DNA from: Fidelibacterota bacterium CG1_02_48_14
Lineage (GTDB): Bacteria > Fidelibacterota > UBA8477
Direction of reading: 5' to 3'
NCBI GenBank assembly: GCA_001872685.1
Contig: MNWS01000226.1
Span: forward strand, 1-33,743
Length of the DNA: 33,743 bases
In this document: piece after piece, positions 1 to 8,236 of the stretch
Numbering within the stretch: the first letter of the stretch is position 1
How the letters are laid out: each line of letters starts with the position of its first letter
Made by a program: the position numbers and the translations under genes
Notes under the pieces: model-generated
Databases searched by the model: none
Told to the model about the DNA's origin: nothing
What the model saw: the letters and a program-made list of their open reading frames with translations, nothing else

Positions 1-258
1 GAAATTGTCATTACGCTCCCTGCAGATACCAAGGAATCTGCCAAAGCCGACGATATTTCAGCCGGAGTCAGTGATGGTTCACTGGTTCGTGTCATCCGGG
101 CGCCCTATTTCGGGCGATTGGGACGGATAAAAAGTTTGCCGCCGGAATTGCAGCAGATGGAATCCGAAACCATGGTTCGGATTGCCGTGATCGAGTTTGA
201 AAAGGGTGATGTAAAAACGGTTCCACGCGCTAATTTGGAGATGGTCGAGACCGACTAA
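1..258 (+). CDS. 5'-truncated conserved hypothetical protein with C-terminal KOW/SH3-like domain
   Basis: Missing from the ORF track because it has no start. Frame 1 is open from base 1 to TAA at 256-258: EIVITLP...GSLVRVIRAPYFGRLGRIKSLPPELQQMESETMVRIAVIEFEKGDVKTVPRANLEMVETD. GxxVRVIRxPYFGxxGxI is a KOW-like pattern. Confidence 0.8.
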   Translation, partial: EIVITLPADTKESAKADDISAGVSDGSLVRVIRAPYFGRLGRIKSLPPELQQMESETMVRIAVIEFEKGDVKTVPRANLEMVETD

Positions 259-274
259 GATCAAAAAACATGTC

Positions 275-631
275 ATGCTAGGATTTAATGATAAAGTTTT
301 GCCAGCGCCCGACCCGGCTATTTTAACCCGGGTTGCACAGAAAATTGTGGATCGGGGTATGATGGTGCCTGCGATTTTGGCATTAGAGATGATGAAGCCA
401 TTGTCATTTATCGGTAGTCAGGCATTGGTGTTTGTAGGACCGATTTTGACTGCCTTTGTTCGGGCACAGACCTATTACGAATTGACGGAATTATTGGAGG
501 ATTACCACAATGTGGAGTTCCTCGTTTGCGAAATAGAACGCCTTGATCGGGAAGCCGGGGGTAAAAATCCTGAGGAAACCGATGCGCGGATTGAAAATGC
601 GTCGGTGCCCCGGAGTGATTCCGGCAGATAA
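275..631 (+). CDS. Small conserved hypothetical protein with hydrophobic centre
   Basis: 118-aa ORF starting 16 nt after the previous stop, co-oriented. Hydrophobic segment PAILALEMMKPLSFIGSQALVFVGP followed by an acidic helix. Confidence 0.75.
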   Translation: MLGFNDKVLPAPDPAILTRVAQKIVDRGMMVPAILALEMMKPLSFIGSQALVFVGPILTAFVRAQTYYELTELLEDYHNVEFLVCEIERLDREAGGKNPEETDARIENASVPRSDSGR

Positions 632-707
632 TAATTTGTTTCACCGCTGATTGCTTATTCATGAGCAATTGTAGCCAGATCGACCAATTTGACCTTTTGG
701 AGGGTGT

Positions 708-1574
708 ATGAAATCTGGGAAAAAAGTCCTGATGTATGCCGGAATCTTTGCGGTTCTGTTCATCATCTATTACGCGTTTGGTCATCCCTTTTTCAATGGG
801 AATCGGCTAACCATGTTTGTTTGTGTGATGGCTTTGTCTGTCACGATCTTGTACTACATCGCCAGGGCTAATGGTGGCGCAAAAATTTACCTCCGAACCA
901 TCCCGGGCTTAAAAGCCTTTGATGAAGCGGTTGGTCGTGCGACCGAAATGGGTAAATCGGTACTCTATGTTCCGGGCATTATGGACATGGACCAGGTCGA
1001 AACCGTAGCCGGTGTCATTATTTTGGGTCATGTGGCCAAGATGACCGCTTCCTATGAAACCAATCTGAATGTTCCGGTTTCCCGCTCCATCGTGATGGAA
1101 GCAAGTCGTGAAATTGTGAAGGAATCCTATATGTCGGTTGGTCGACCGGACCTGTTTAATGATGACATGGTGCATTATCTGACCGATGAGCAATTTGCCT
1201 ATGCCGCCGGCGTGGATGGCATCATGCTGCGAGAAAAACCAGCAGCCTGCTTTTACCAGGGGAAATTCTACGCGGAGTCCCTGATTCTGGCGGAAACGGG
1301 CAATAGCATCGGGGCGATTCAGATTGCCGGAACCGCATCGCCATCGCAGATTCCATTTTTCGTAACCGCCTGTGATTACACACTGATCGGTGAAGAATTT
1401 TTAACAGCGTCCGCCTATTTATCGCAAAAACCAGCGTTACTGGGGAGTGTAAAGGGGCAGGACATGGGTAAGTTTATTGTCATGATCGCCATCGTTCTGA
1501 TTTTCATTCTGAATGGTTTTCATGATTTGGGCTGGATAGATATTGATTTTCAAGAACTTTTAAGGGTGCAATAG
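708..1574 (+). CDS. DUF6754-type membrane protein
   Basis: GGAGG RBS just upstream. Two N-terminal TMs, then motifs RTIPGLKAFDEAVGRATEMG, QFAYAAG, AESLILAETGN, QIPFFVTACDYTLIGEE that I recognise as DUF6754-like, then a C-terminal TM. Confidence 0.8.
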   Translation: MKSGKKVLMYAGIFAVLFIIYYAFGHPFFNGNRLTMFVCVMALSVTILYYIARANGGAKIYLRTIPGLKAFDEAVGRATEMGKSVLYVPGIMDMDQVETVAGVIILGHVAKMTASYETNLNVPVSRSIVMEASREIVKESYMSVGRPDLFNDDMVHYLTDEQFAYAAGVDGIMLREKPAACFYQGKFYAESLILAETGNSIGAIQIAGTASPSQIPFFVTACDYTLIGEEFLTASAYLSQKPALLGSVKGQDMGKFIVMIAIVLIFILNGFHDLGWIDIDFQELLRVQ

Positions 1575-1583
1575 GAGGCCGGT

Positions 1584-2606
1584 ATGTTCTGGAAACGACA
1601 AGTTCCCATTGCGATTGTTTTTATTACGGGTATCCTGACCCTGTTTGGATGGTTTGTAGACTCCCCGAGATTTGAGGGTTTTGTGAATGACGATGCCACA
1701 CAGTGGTACGACATTATCGCGAGCTTTGCCATTATCCTGGGCGCATTGAATTTGCTGAAGCTTCAGTTTCTGAAGATCGTTAAGCAGAAAAAGGATTGGC
1801 AGTACAGTATTCTGGCAGTGGTAGGATTTTTCTTCGCCATTACCGCCGGATTTTTCTGGAAAGGCGCTAATTATATTCACATTAACAATGTGACTGCCAA
1901 TGTGTCTACGGTAGCACCGGTGATTGCAGAGATGGAGCAAAAAACGATTGAACAGGTACTGCCGCTGCTGGAAGGGGCCGATACTTACGATGTCGGGCAT
2001 ATCTTTATAATTAAAGGCAGCGCGAAAAAATATTTTGATGAGTTGACAGCCAGTGGCGTCAATGCTGAGATGAAAGAAAAATCCTGGGGGGAGCACCTTC
2101 TGGAGGAAGGCACCGTTTTCAATTGGTTGTTTAAATACCTCTTCACACCCATGTCAGCAACCATGTTCGCCCTCCTGGCGTTTTTCGTTGCGTCAGCGTC
2201 CTATCGCGCTTTCCGTATTCGCAATTTCGAGGCGACACTACTCCTGCTTTCAGGAATCATCATCATGCTGGGGCGCGTTCCACTTGGTTCGAGTATATCA
2301 GCCTGGTTTATCGCTTACATCATCGTCTTGTCTGCCGGAATGGGCGCGAATATCATTTGGAAGAATCGGATGACCACCTTCGCTGTGGTGACCGGCGGCA
2401 TTTTGCTGGTGACGATCCTGGGCTGGATCAGTGGTTGGCCGGTGGATAAGCCGGGCTTCCTATACCTGCCGGTTTTGCAGGAATGGATTTACACGGTACC
2501 CAATATCGCTGGCGCTCGTGCCATTATGATTGGGATTGCGTTGGGAATGATCGGCACGAGTTTGCGGATTATTCTTGGAATCGAAAAATCCTTCATGGGG
2601 GAATAG
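1584..2606 (+). CDS. Polytopic membrane protein of unknown function with a ~70-aa soluble insertion
   Basis: AGGAGG RBS at the preceding stop. About 8 hydrophobic segments. Motifs ATMFALLAFFVASASYRAFRIRN and ARAIMIGIALG...LRIILGIE. Confidence 0.85.
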   Translation: MFWKRQVPIAIVFITGILTLFGWFVDSPRFEGFVNDDATQWYDIIASFAIILGALNLLKLQFLKIVKQKKDWQYSILAVVGFFFAITAGFFWKGANYIHINNVTANVSTVAPVIAEMEQKTIEQVLPLLEGADTYDVGHIFIIKGSAKKYFDELTASGVNAEMKEKSWGEHLLEEGTVFNWLFKYLFTPMSATMFALLAFFVASASYRAFRIRNFEATLLLLSGIIIMLGRVPLGSSISAWFIAYIIVLSAGMGANIIWKNRMTTFAVVTGGILLVTILGWISGWPVDKPGFLYLPVLQEWIYTVPNIAGARAIMIGIALGMIGTSLRIILGIEKSFMGE

Positions 2607-2610
2607 CACC

Positions 2611-3462
2611 GTGGATAAAAATAATTTCATCAGTATTGTAATAAAGCTGGGGAAGGTTGACCGTCGGGTCATTTTCCTCCTGATTGCGGTGGTCGTCTTG
2701 CTGCCACTCCTTTTTCCAATCGGGTTGCCCATTCGGGCTACCGACACAACGCAAAGGTCGTTTAACGCTGTGGATGCGTTAGGGCAGGGCGACAAACTAC
2801 TACTCTCCTTTGAATATGGTCCCAGTACGAAACCTGAAATTCATCCCATGGCTGAGGCGGTGTTACATCACGCATTCAGCAAAGGGATGAAGGTTTACAT
2901 CGTCTGTCTGTGGCCGGATGGACAGTTTATGGCCATTGATGCCCTGAACGCCATCGCTCCGCAATACAACGCTGTTTACGGAGAAGATTATGTCCTGCTT
3001 GGATTCCGCCCGGGTGGGGAAGCGGTGGTGAAAGGAATTACGAGCAATTTGCGTAAACTCTATACTGTGGATTATCAAAATACACTCGTGGAGTCCATCC
3101 CCATGATGCAGGGCGTGAATAGTCTGGCTGATTTCAAATTGATCTTCAGCTTTTCGGCTGGCTATCCGGGAACCGTTGAATGGGTGCAGTACGGAAGTGA
3201 TCCAACGGGCGTTCCTATGTCCACCGGAACCGCCTCGATCCAGGTCAACGAGATTATCCCTTACGAAAATGCCGGTCAATTACGCGGAGTAATCGCGGGA
3301 ATGCCTGGTGCTGCCGAGTATGAGGCGTTGATAGGGAAGAAGGGATTGGGGACTTCCGGAATGGATGCTCAGTCCATAGCGCATCTGGTCATCGTTTTGT
3401 TCATTATCTTTGGCAACATCACCTATTTTCTGGAACGTAGACGTTCCGAAAAGAAATATTAA
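2611..3462 (+). CDS. Conserved hypothetical membrane-anchored protein (TM, alpha/beta domain, TM)
   Basis: The in-frame GTG at 2611 follows GGGGGA and lies 4 nt after the previous stop, so it is preferred over 2575. Motifs SFEYGPS, PDGQ, YGEDYVLLGF, GMPGAAEYE, MDAQS. Confidence 0.85.
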   Translation: MDKNNFISIVIKLGKVDRRVIFLLIAVVVLLPLLFPIGLPIRATDTTQRSFNAVDALGQGDKLLLSFEYGPSTKPEIHPMAEAVLHHAFSKGMKVYIVCLWPDGQFMAIDALNAIAPQYNAVYGEDYVLLGFRPGGEAVVKGITSNLRKLYTVDYQNTLVESIPMMQGVNSLADFKLIFSFSAGYPGTVEWVQYGSDPTGVPMSTGTASIQVNEIIPYENAGQLRGVIAGMPGAAEYEALIGKKGLGTSGMDAQSIAHLVIVLFIIFGNITYFLERRRSEKKY

Positions 3463-3481
3463 TCAGGAGGATAGATAGAGC

Positions 3482-4303
3482 ATGTATACCACTGAAATCA
3501 TTGGTGCCTGGTTCGCAGTCTTCCTGACCCTGGCCATATTTAGTTTTCTCTACAAAGACAATCCATTTTACAAAGCTGCCGAACACCTTTTTGTGGGTGT
3601 TTCTGCCGGATATTGGGCCAGTACCTTTTTCTGGACTCAAATCCAACCGAACCTGTTTGGACGGTTGTGGCCCAAACTCACTGAGGAACCATCGGGGATA
3701 AAAGCAGCATGGTACGGGATTTATGACTTCTTTGGGTGGTTTCACGAAGGGATTTTCCCGGGTGGCGGGATCGACAAGGGTCACGAATTGAATCTGTTTT
3801 ACCTCATCCCATTTTTACTGGGAATTTTCATGTTGCTGAGACTGTCCCGAAAACTGGGGTGGCTGGCTCGATGGTCAATGGCTTACGTCGTAGGTTTGGC
3901 AGCAGGATTACGACTTTATGGTTTTCTTAATTCCAATATCCTGGCCCAGGTGCGTGGGTCAGCGCTTTCATTGTTCGATGGATGGGGTACGGCAATTAAT
4001 TCCATCATCATTATCGTTGGTACACTGACCGGTCTGTTTTACTTCTTCTTCTCCAAGGAGCATACTGGTGTTTTTGGGAAAATCAGCCGCGTCGGAATTT
4101 GGTTTTTAATGGTTTCATTCGGTGCCGCGTTTGGCTTTGCGGTGATGGGACGAATTTCACTCTTGATTGGACGGTTTTACGACCTGATCCAATTCAGTGG
4201 TTCCCAATACTATCACGCGACTTACTGGCTGTTGGCTTTGATCGTCATTATTTTGGGCTTTCAGGCATTCCGGGAGCGTGGAAGATCAACCGAGGAAGCT
4301 TAA
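3482..4303 (+). CDS. Polytopic membrane protein of unknown function
   Basis: AGGAGG RBS upstream. About 7-8 TMs. Motifs LTLAIFSFLYKDNPFYKAAEHLFVGVSAGY, YFFFS, FGAAFGFAVMGRISLLIGR. Confidence 0.85.
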   Translation: MYTTEIIGAWFAVFLTLAIFSFLYKDNPFYKAAEHLFVGVSAGYWASTFFWTQIQPNLFGRLWPKLTEEPSGIKAAWYGIYDFFGWFHEGIFPGGGIDKGHELNLFYLIPFLLGIFMLLRLSRKLGWLARWSMAYVVGLAAGLRLYGFLNSNILAQVRGSALSLFDGWGTAINSIIIIVGTLTGLFYFFFSKEHTGVFGKISRVGIWFLMVSFGAAFGFAVMGRISLLIGRFYDLIQFSGSQYYHATYWLLALIVIILGFQAFRERGRSTEEA

Positions 4304-4339
4304 AATATTTCAGATTGTCGGGCAAGATAAGGAGTCATT

Positions 4340-5371
4340 TTGACTGATCGATTGCTGGATGTTGAGAATCTTAAAACCTACTTCTCCACAGAAGAGGGGC
4401 TGGCTAAAGCGGTCGATGATGTGACTTTTCATGTTGATCGCGGAGAGACTCTGGGAATCGTGGGGGAATCTGGCTGTGGAAAATCGGTTACAGCATTATC
4501 GGTGATGCGATTGATTCCAACGCCTCCGGGTGAGATTGTTAATGGCAAAATCCATTTCGATGGAATTGATGTCCGGTCATTACCTGAAGATGAGATGCGT
4601 CGGATTCGTGGCAACGAAATATCCATGATTTTCCAGGAACCCATGACATCTTTGAATCCGGTGTTTACCTGTGGCGACCAAATTATGGAAGCCATTCGAC
4701 TGCATCAAAAGGTTGACAAAACTGAAGCCCGAATACGTGCGATTGACATGCTGAAATTGGTGGGAATCTCCGACCCGGATCAACGGGTGGACGAGTATCC
4801 GCACCAGCTTTCCGGTGGTATGCGTCAACGGGTGATGATCGCCATGGCATTATCCTGTAATCCAAAATTACTCATCGCGGATGAACCGACGACTGCCTTG
4901 GATGTGACTGTCCAGGCTCAAATTCTTGAACTGATTGCCAGCCTTCAGAAAAAGCTGAACATGTCGGTCATCATTATTACGCATGATTTGGGTGTGGTGG
5001 CAGAAGTCACGAAGCGCGTCATTGTCATGTATGCAGGTAAAATTGTTGAGGAGGGGGATATTCGCACCATTTTCAAATCTCCCAAACATCCTTACACCCA
5101 GGGATTACTCAAGTCGATTCCCAACCCCGCGAAGAAGGTTGACCGGCTGGCGGTGATTGAAGGGGTTGTTCCCGTTCCGACTGAATTTCCTGCCGGATGT
5201 AAATTTCATCCGCGCTGTGAATTTGTGGAAGATCGGTGTCGTCAGCATGAACCCCCCTTGGTCTTTTATGATGCGGAAAAAGGGTTAAATGTGCGGTGCT
5301 GGGTTGCTTTTGACAAACTGGGGTTGGAAGTACCTCTGGATACTCAGGACAATCAGAGCACAAAAATTTAA
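4340..5371 (+). CDS. oppD: Oligopeptide/dipeptide ABC transporter ATP-binding subunit (OppD/DppD family)
   Basis: TTG start after AAGGAG. Walker [52 protein letters not shown], and C-terminal GCKFHPRC...C...C. Confidence 0.93.
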   Translation: MTDRLLDVENLKTYFSTEEGLAKAVDDVTFHVDRGETLGIVGESGCGKSVTALSVMRLIPTPPGEIVNGKIHFDGIDVRSLPEDEMRRIRGNEISMIFQEPMTSLNPVFTCGDQIMEAIRLHQKVDKTEARIRAIDMLKLVGISDPDQRVDEYPHQLSGGMRQRVMIAMALSCNPKLLIADEPTTALDVTVQAQILELIASLQKKLNMSVIIITHDLGVVAEVTKRVIVMYAGKIVEEGDIRTIFKSPKHPYTQGLLKSIPNPAKKVDRLAVIEGVVPVPTEFPAGCKFHPRCEFVEDRCRQHEPPLVFYDAEKGLNVRCWVAFDKLGLEVPLDTQDNQSTKI

Positions 5372-5420
5372 CCAGAGTATAAACACATTATCAGCTAGAG
5401 AGAGTAAAGGCTATTCGGGT

Positions 5421-6353
5421 ATGGCAGTTTCGATTACCCTGCGAAATATAACGAAAAAATTTGGAGCAGTGACTGCCGTGAACAACCTCTCATTCGGGGT
5501 GGAACACGGGACGATTTTCGCCATTGTTGGTCCCTCCGGTTGCGGGAAGAGTACTTTGTTAAAAATCATGGCGACCATGTTAGCGCCATCCCAGGGTTCA
5601 GGCTACATCAATGGCCAGAATCTGATTGCCCGACCCTGGCAGATCCGGCAGCAAATCGGGTATATGGGACAACGGGTGATTCTGGATGAACAACTCACCA
5701 TACTGGAGAATTTCGTTTTCCATTGCAAACTCCATGGATTGGATGACCAGGAAGCCGAAGCGAGAATTCTGGGTTTGGCTGAACGGTTTGATTTAATGGA
5801 CATTTTGCATGAGTTACCTGAAAGTCTTGCCTATGGTGTCCGCCGAAAAATCCAATTGGTTCGGACGCTTCTGACGCAACCCAAAATATTGCTTCTGGAT
5901 GAACCCACGCGCTCCCTCGACCGTCAGACAGCATTAAAAATTTGGGATTACCTGAAAGAGCACCGGTCCAGTCTTACCATCGTGATGATCACGAGCAGCA
6001 TGGCTGAAGTAGAACATGTGGCTGACCGATTGATTATCATGAATCGCGGGCACATTTTGGTGGATGGATCGGTTGATGAAATTCTGTATGCTCAACAACC
6101 GAACCTCGTGTTAGAGGCCACCGTTAGGGACTACGATGAGGAAGAATATCGGACCATTCGGGATGCTGAGTTTGTTTTGGGGATTTCGCGTAACGAAAAT
6201 GTCTATGAAATTATCACCAAATCACCGGCCGCCCAGGCACAGATCATTCAGCTATTTAAACCCGGGAATCTGGTTGCCTTCATTCCCAGACGGACTCGAC
6301 TGGCAGATGCATTTATTCACACGCTAACACAGGAGCAGATGATTGATGAATAA
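5421..6353 (+). CDS. ABC-2/DrrA-like ABC transporter ATP-binding protein with degenerate motifs
   Basis: Likely start is ATG 5421 (MAVSITLRNITKKFG). Walker A GPSGCGKS and Walker B LLLDEP are intact; signature reads LAYGV and the H-loop reads ITSS. Confidence 0.88.
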   Translation: MAVSITLRNITKKFGAVTAVNNLSFGVEHGTIFAIVGPSGCGKSTLLKIMATMLAPSQGSGYINGQNLIARPWQIRQQIGYMGQRVILDEQLTILENFVFHCKLHGLDDQEAEARILGLAERFDLMDILHELPESLAYGVRRKIQLVRTLLTQPKILLLDEPTRSLDRQTALKIWDYLKEHRSSLTIVMITSSMAEVEHVADRLIIMNRGHILVDGSVDEILYAQQPNLVLEATVRDYDEEEYRTIRDAEFVLGISRNENVYEIITKSPAAQAQIIQLFKPGNLVAFIPRRTRLADAFIHTLTQEQMIDE

Positions 6354-7104
6354 TGCATACCGTGCGCTCTGGTGGCGCGAATTCGTTCTTTATCGGCGGA
6401 ATTTTATCGGTGAGGGGGTTTTAAATCTTCTGTTACCGTTGATCTTTTTCTTGTTCTTAGGAATGGGTTTTCAACAAATCGTAGGCAAGATTGATGGCGT
6501 TGCCTATTTCGAGTTTCTCATTCCCGGCATGGTCTTACTCACCATAGCGCTTTCAGCTTTCGAGACGACCTCCTGGTTTTATGCCACGAATCGTCGGAAT
6601 CAACAGTGGCAGGAAGTTATTCTGATGGGGGACTTCCCGAATAAACGCAGTTTATTCTTATCGCAAATCCTGATCGGAATCGTGAAAAGTCTATTCCATG
6701 GGTTGGTTATCTTCCTCATCACCGTATTTCTCTCCGGTGCTTCTGTGTCTCAAATCAATATCCAGGCATTTTTAGCCTTTGTCCTGTTTACCGCCATACA
6801 ATTTTCAGCTTTGGGGCACATCGTCGGATTGTATGTCAAGCCGGGTCCGCTTCTGGGGCGTTTGGTGATTTTCCTGATTTTCCCATTGTTCATTGTCTCC
6901 GGAATTGGCTGGAATATTTCACAGTACACGCCGGTATTTGAGAAAATAATCTATTGGTTGCCTACCTATACACTCATGCATGGCACCCAGTCCGCCTTTC
7001 TAAAAGGCGTCATCCAAAATTTTGCCCTGATTGTCACGATTGTGGAAACAGGTGTTATCGTAGGGGTTGCACAACTGCTAACCGGCACCCGGGACGACGT
7101 GTGA
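6346..7104 (+). CDS. ABC-2 type transporter permease
   Basis: Overlaps the ATPase stop. About 6 TMs, with YFEFLIPG, PLFIVSG and WLPTY patterns typical of ABC-2 permeases. Start is ATG 6346 or TTG 6343. Confidence 0.85.
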   Translation: MNNAYRALWWREFVLYRRNFIGEGVLNLLLPLIFFLFLGMGFQQIVGKIDGVAYFEFLIPGMVLLTIALSAFETTSWFYATNRRNQQWQEVILMGDFPNKRSLFLSQILIGIVKSLFHGLVIFLITVFLSGASVSQINIQAFLAFVLFTAIQFSALGHIVGLYVKPGPLLGRLVIFLIFPLFIVSGIGWNISQYTPVFEKIIYWLPTYTLMHGTQSAFLKGVIQNFALIVTIVETGVIVGVAQLLTGTRDDV

Positions 7105-7589
7105 AAGTCTATCTCGCTGGGGCAATTGAAGCGGCACCGGATGGTGGCAGACGCTGGCGCGATGACCTCAGACCTTTTCTGGAGAATGAACTGGGATTTA
7201 CGGTTCATGACCCGACAAAGTTAGAGTTTAATGTCGTGCCCCCTGATGAATATGCGTTATTCCGGGAGTGGCGTGAAACCGATTTTACCAGGTTTCAGGA
7301 GACCATGCATCGTATTATAAAACAAGACCTTAGAACGATTATATTTGATACGGATTATATCATCTGTAATTGGGATCAGTATGTGGAAAAGGGTGGTGGT
7401 ACACAAGGGGAGCTAACGCTGGCTTTTGTGTACAGGATTCCGGTGTTCATGGTAACACAAATTCCGGTCACTCAAATCTCTTCCTGGATTTTGGGCTGTG
7501 CGACTCAAATATTTAGTAGTTATGAGTCATTAAAAAGCCACTTGAAAATACTTGAAAATGTCCGCAAAGCTAAGCTGGGTACGGCTTAA
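7101..7589 (+). CDS. Nucleoside 2-deoxyribosyltransferase-like / nucleotide N-glycosidase family protein
   Basis: GTG start overlaps the previous TGA (GTGA at 7101-7104). KVYLAGAI...WR, HDP, QD...D and GGTQGELTLA match the NDT-fold pattern (YLAG...GT..E). Confidence 0.75.
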   Translation: MKVYLAGAIEAAPDGGRRWRDDLRPFLENELGFTVHDPTKLEFNVVPPDEYALFREWRETDFTRFQETMHRIIKQDLRTIIFDTDYIICNWDQYVEKGGGTQGELTLAFVYRIPVFMVTQIPVTQISSWILGCATQIFSSYESLKSHLKILENVRKAKLGTA

Positions 7590-7597
7590 TATAAATC

Positions 7598-7625
7598 TTG
7601 ACTTTAATTGTTATTGCTTTAACTT
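7598..7625 (+). promoter_or_regulatory. Putative sigma70-type promoter for hup
   Basis: TTGACT-N16-TAACTT in the AT-rich intergenic region about 140 nt before the hup start. Confidence 0.35.
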
Positions 7626-7765
7626 GCGCCAAAATCGATGCTTTCAATACCTAGGATGTGCATTGAAAAAAGTGCTAAAATGGAGAGAATCCGAAGATTG
7701 GGCTTTCAGTTTTAGCAAACATGGTCTTGGGCAAAAACGATAAACCACAATGAGGAGGATAACTT

Positions 7766-8038
7766 ATGAAAAAACAAGAATTGGTAGCAAAAATTGCTAC
7801 TGACGCTGGGATTAGTAAAGCACAGGCCGAACGCGCATTGGGTGCTTTCACAGATGCTGTTACAGCAACATTGAAAAGCAATGACAAGCTGACGTTGGTT
7901 GGTTTCGGTACATTCGAAGCCTCCAAACGGAATGCTCGCACAGCTCGCAACCCACGCACGGGTGCCAGCATCAATGTTCCTGCAAGCACGGTTCCTCGTT
8001 TTAAAGCTGGCAAAGCCCTGAAAAGCGCTGTCAACTAA
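7766..8038 (+). CDS. hup: HU family DNA-binding protein
   Basis: 90 aa. MKKQELV, LVGFGTF, RNARTARNPRTG, VPRFKAGKALK. GAGGAGG RBS. Confidence 0.97.
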   Translation: MKKQELVAKIATDAGISKAQAERALGAFTDAVTATLKSNDKLTLVGFGTFEASKRNARTARNPRTGASINVPASTVPRFKAGKALKSAVN

Positions 8039-8050
8039 GCATAGCTACTA

Positions 8051-8088
8051 AAGGGACGCATACTGATCAAGCATGCGTCCCTTGTTTT
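8051..8088 (+). terminator. Intrinsic terminator of hup
   Basis: 11-bp stem AAGGGACGCAT / ATGCGTCCCTT followed by GTTTT. Confidence 0.85.
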
Positions 8089-8236
8089 ATACGCCCGTCC
8101 CTCTATACAATTGGAATGTACCATTAACGCGAAGACCTCGTTTTAATTGGTGATTACAGATCGTCACGAAAGTGCATATAATGGACGGGATTTCTCTCTT
8201 GAAGAATTTGCCTCTTAGAATTCCGGGGACAGGCGC

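Noticed and set aside
5289-5420. N-terminal extension of the ABC ATPase in the ORF track
   Set aside because: It overlaps oppD by 83 nt, and the ABC domain begins right after ATG 5421.
6954-7100. Cys/Arg-rich N-terminus (CPDCHDC) of the NDT-like ORF as a zinc or heme motif
   Set aside because: It lies out of frame inside the permease gene. The GTG at 7101 overlapping the permease stop is the more plausible start.
7675-8034. Antisense ORF over hup, and the many other shadow ORFs in the track
   Set aside because: They are largely overlapped by well-supported genes and show no recognisable motifs.
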